In this document: piece after piece, positions 63,601-64,000 of the stretch | How the letters are laid out: every line of letters starts with the position of its first letter | Position numbering within the stretch: the first letter of the stretch is position 1 | NCBI GenBank assembly: GCA_036785375.1 | Contig: JAWMAR010000023.1 | Span: forward strand, 6,696,001-6,760,000 | Source: Leucoraja ocellata | Lineage: Eukaryota | Reading direction: 5' to 3' | DNA: 64,000 nt | The notes under the pieces: generated by a model | The model's database searches: none | Told to the model about the DNA's origin: nothing | What the model saw: only the letters and a program-made list of their open reading frames with translations | Made by a program: the position numbers and the translations under genes

Positions 63601-64000
63601 TTTCAATTAAATAGGGAAGAGCTCAGATGATATTTACCATCTTTCCTGATGTTGTTTGGAACACACTTGAAAAGTAACATCTCAAAAGAAAAATCACTAT
63701 ACTTGTGACTGCAGGTGGACGGCATGGCAACTGCTTACAGCAAAACATGTGCACACGCACACACGCAGTGTGGCTGTGCCCTCACACTCCAACCCACATG
63801 CTCATGTCCACATGCTGGAGAAAAATAATCCAAATATATTCAGGAGGCACGCCTCCAATAGTCACAAGAACCACAAACAAGCGCACACACGGACCCTTAA
63901 CATAAACAAGCAACAATGCTTTTCCTCCCCCTAGTTGTATCACTTTTAAGTCAATATGAATACATTTGGTCATTGTGCTTTCTTCAAGTTCACGTGAGGT

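Overview
Vertebrate genomic DNA, most likely a cartilaginous fish (inferred from CR1/HER1-type LINEs, V-SINE/HE1-type SINEs and Penelope-derived repeats). From left to right it contains: (1) an intact six-exon class C GPCR taste-receptor gene on the + strand (194-9683, 845 aa when spliced), with a perfect octamer ATGCAAAT about 120 bp upstream of the ATG, best called TAS1R4; (2) a decayed relic of a close paralogue of that gene (about 13433-13791); (3) a TAS1R3-like pseudogene (14769-20005) with stops, frameshifts, a lost splice donor and no recognisable exon 3; (4) the last 11 coding exons of DVL1 on the - strand (39312 to 25051; basic region, PDZ, DEP, C-terminus), reproducing the known tail-to-tail TAS1R3-DVL1 synteny. 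No DIX-encoding DVL1 exons were found in the remaining ~24.7 kb. That stretch holds candidate cryptic or alternative exons and two small ORFs with a weak shared motif. Penelope-derived repeats carry minimal hammerhead-ribozyme-like cores and often form inverted-repeat hairpins. Exon boundaries were read by eye and checked for phase and frame; repeat boundaries are approximate.
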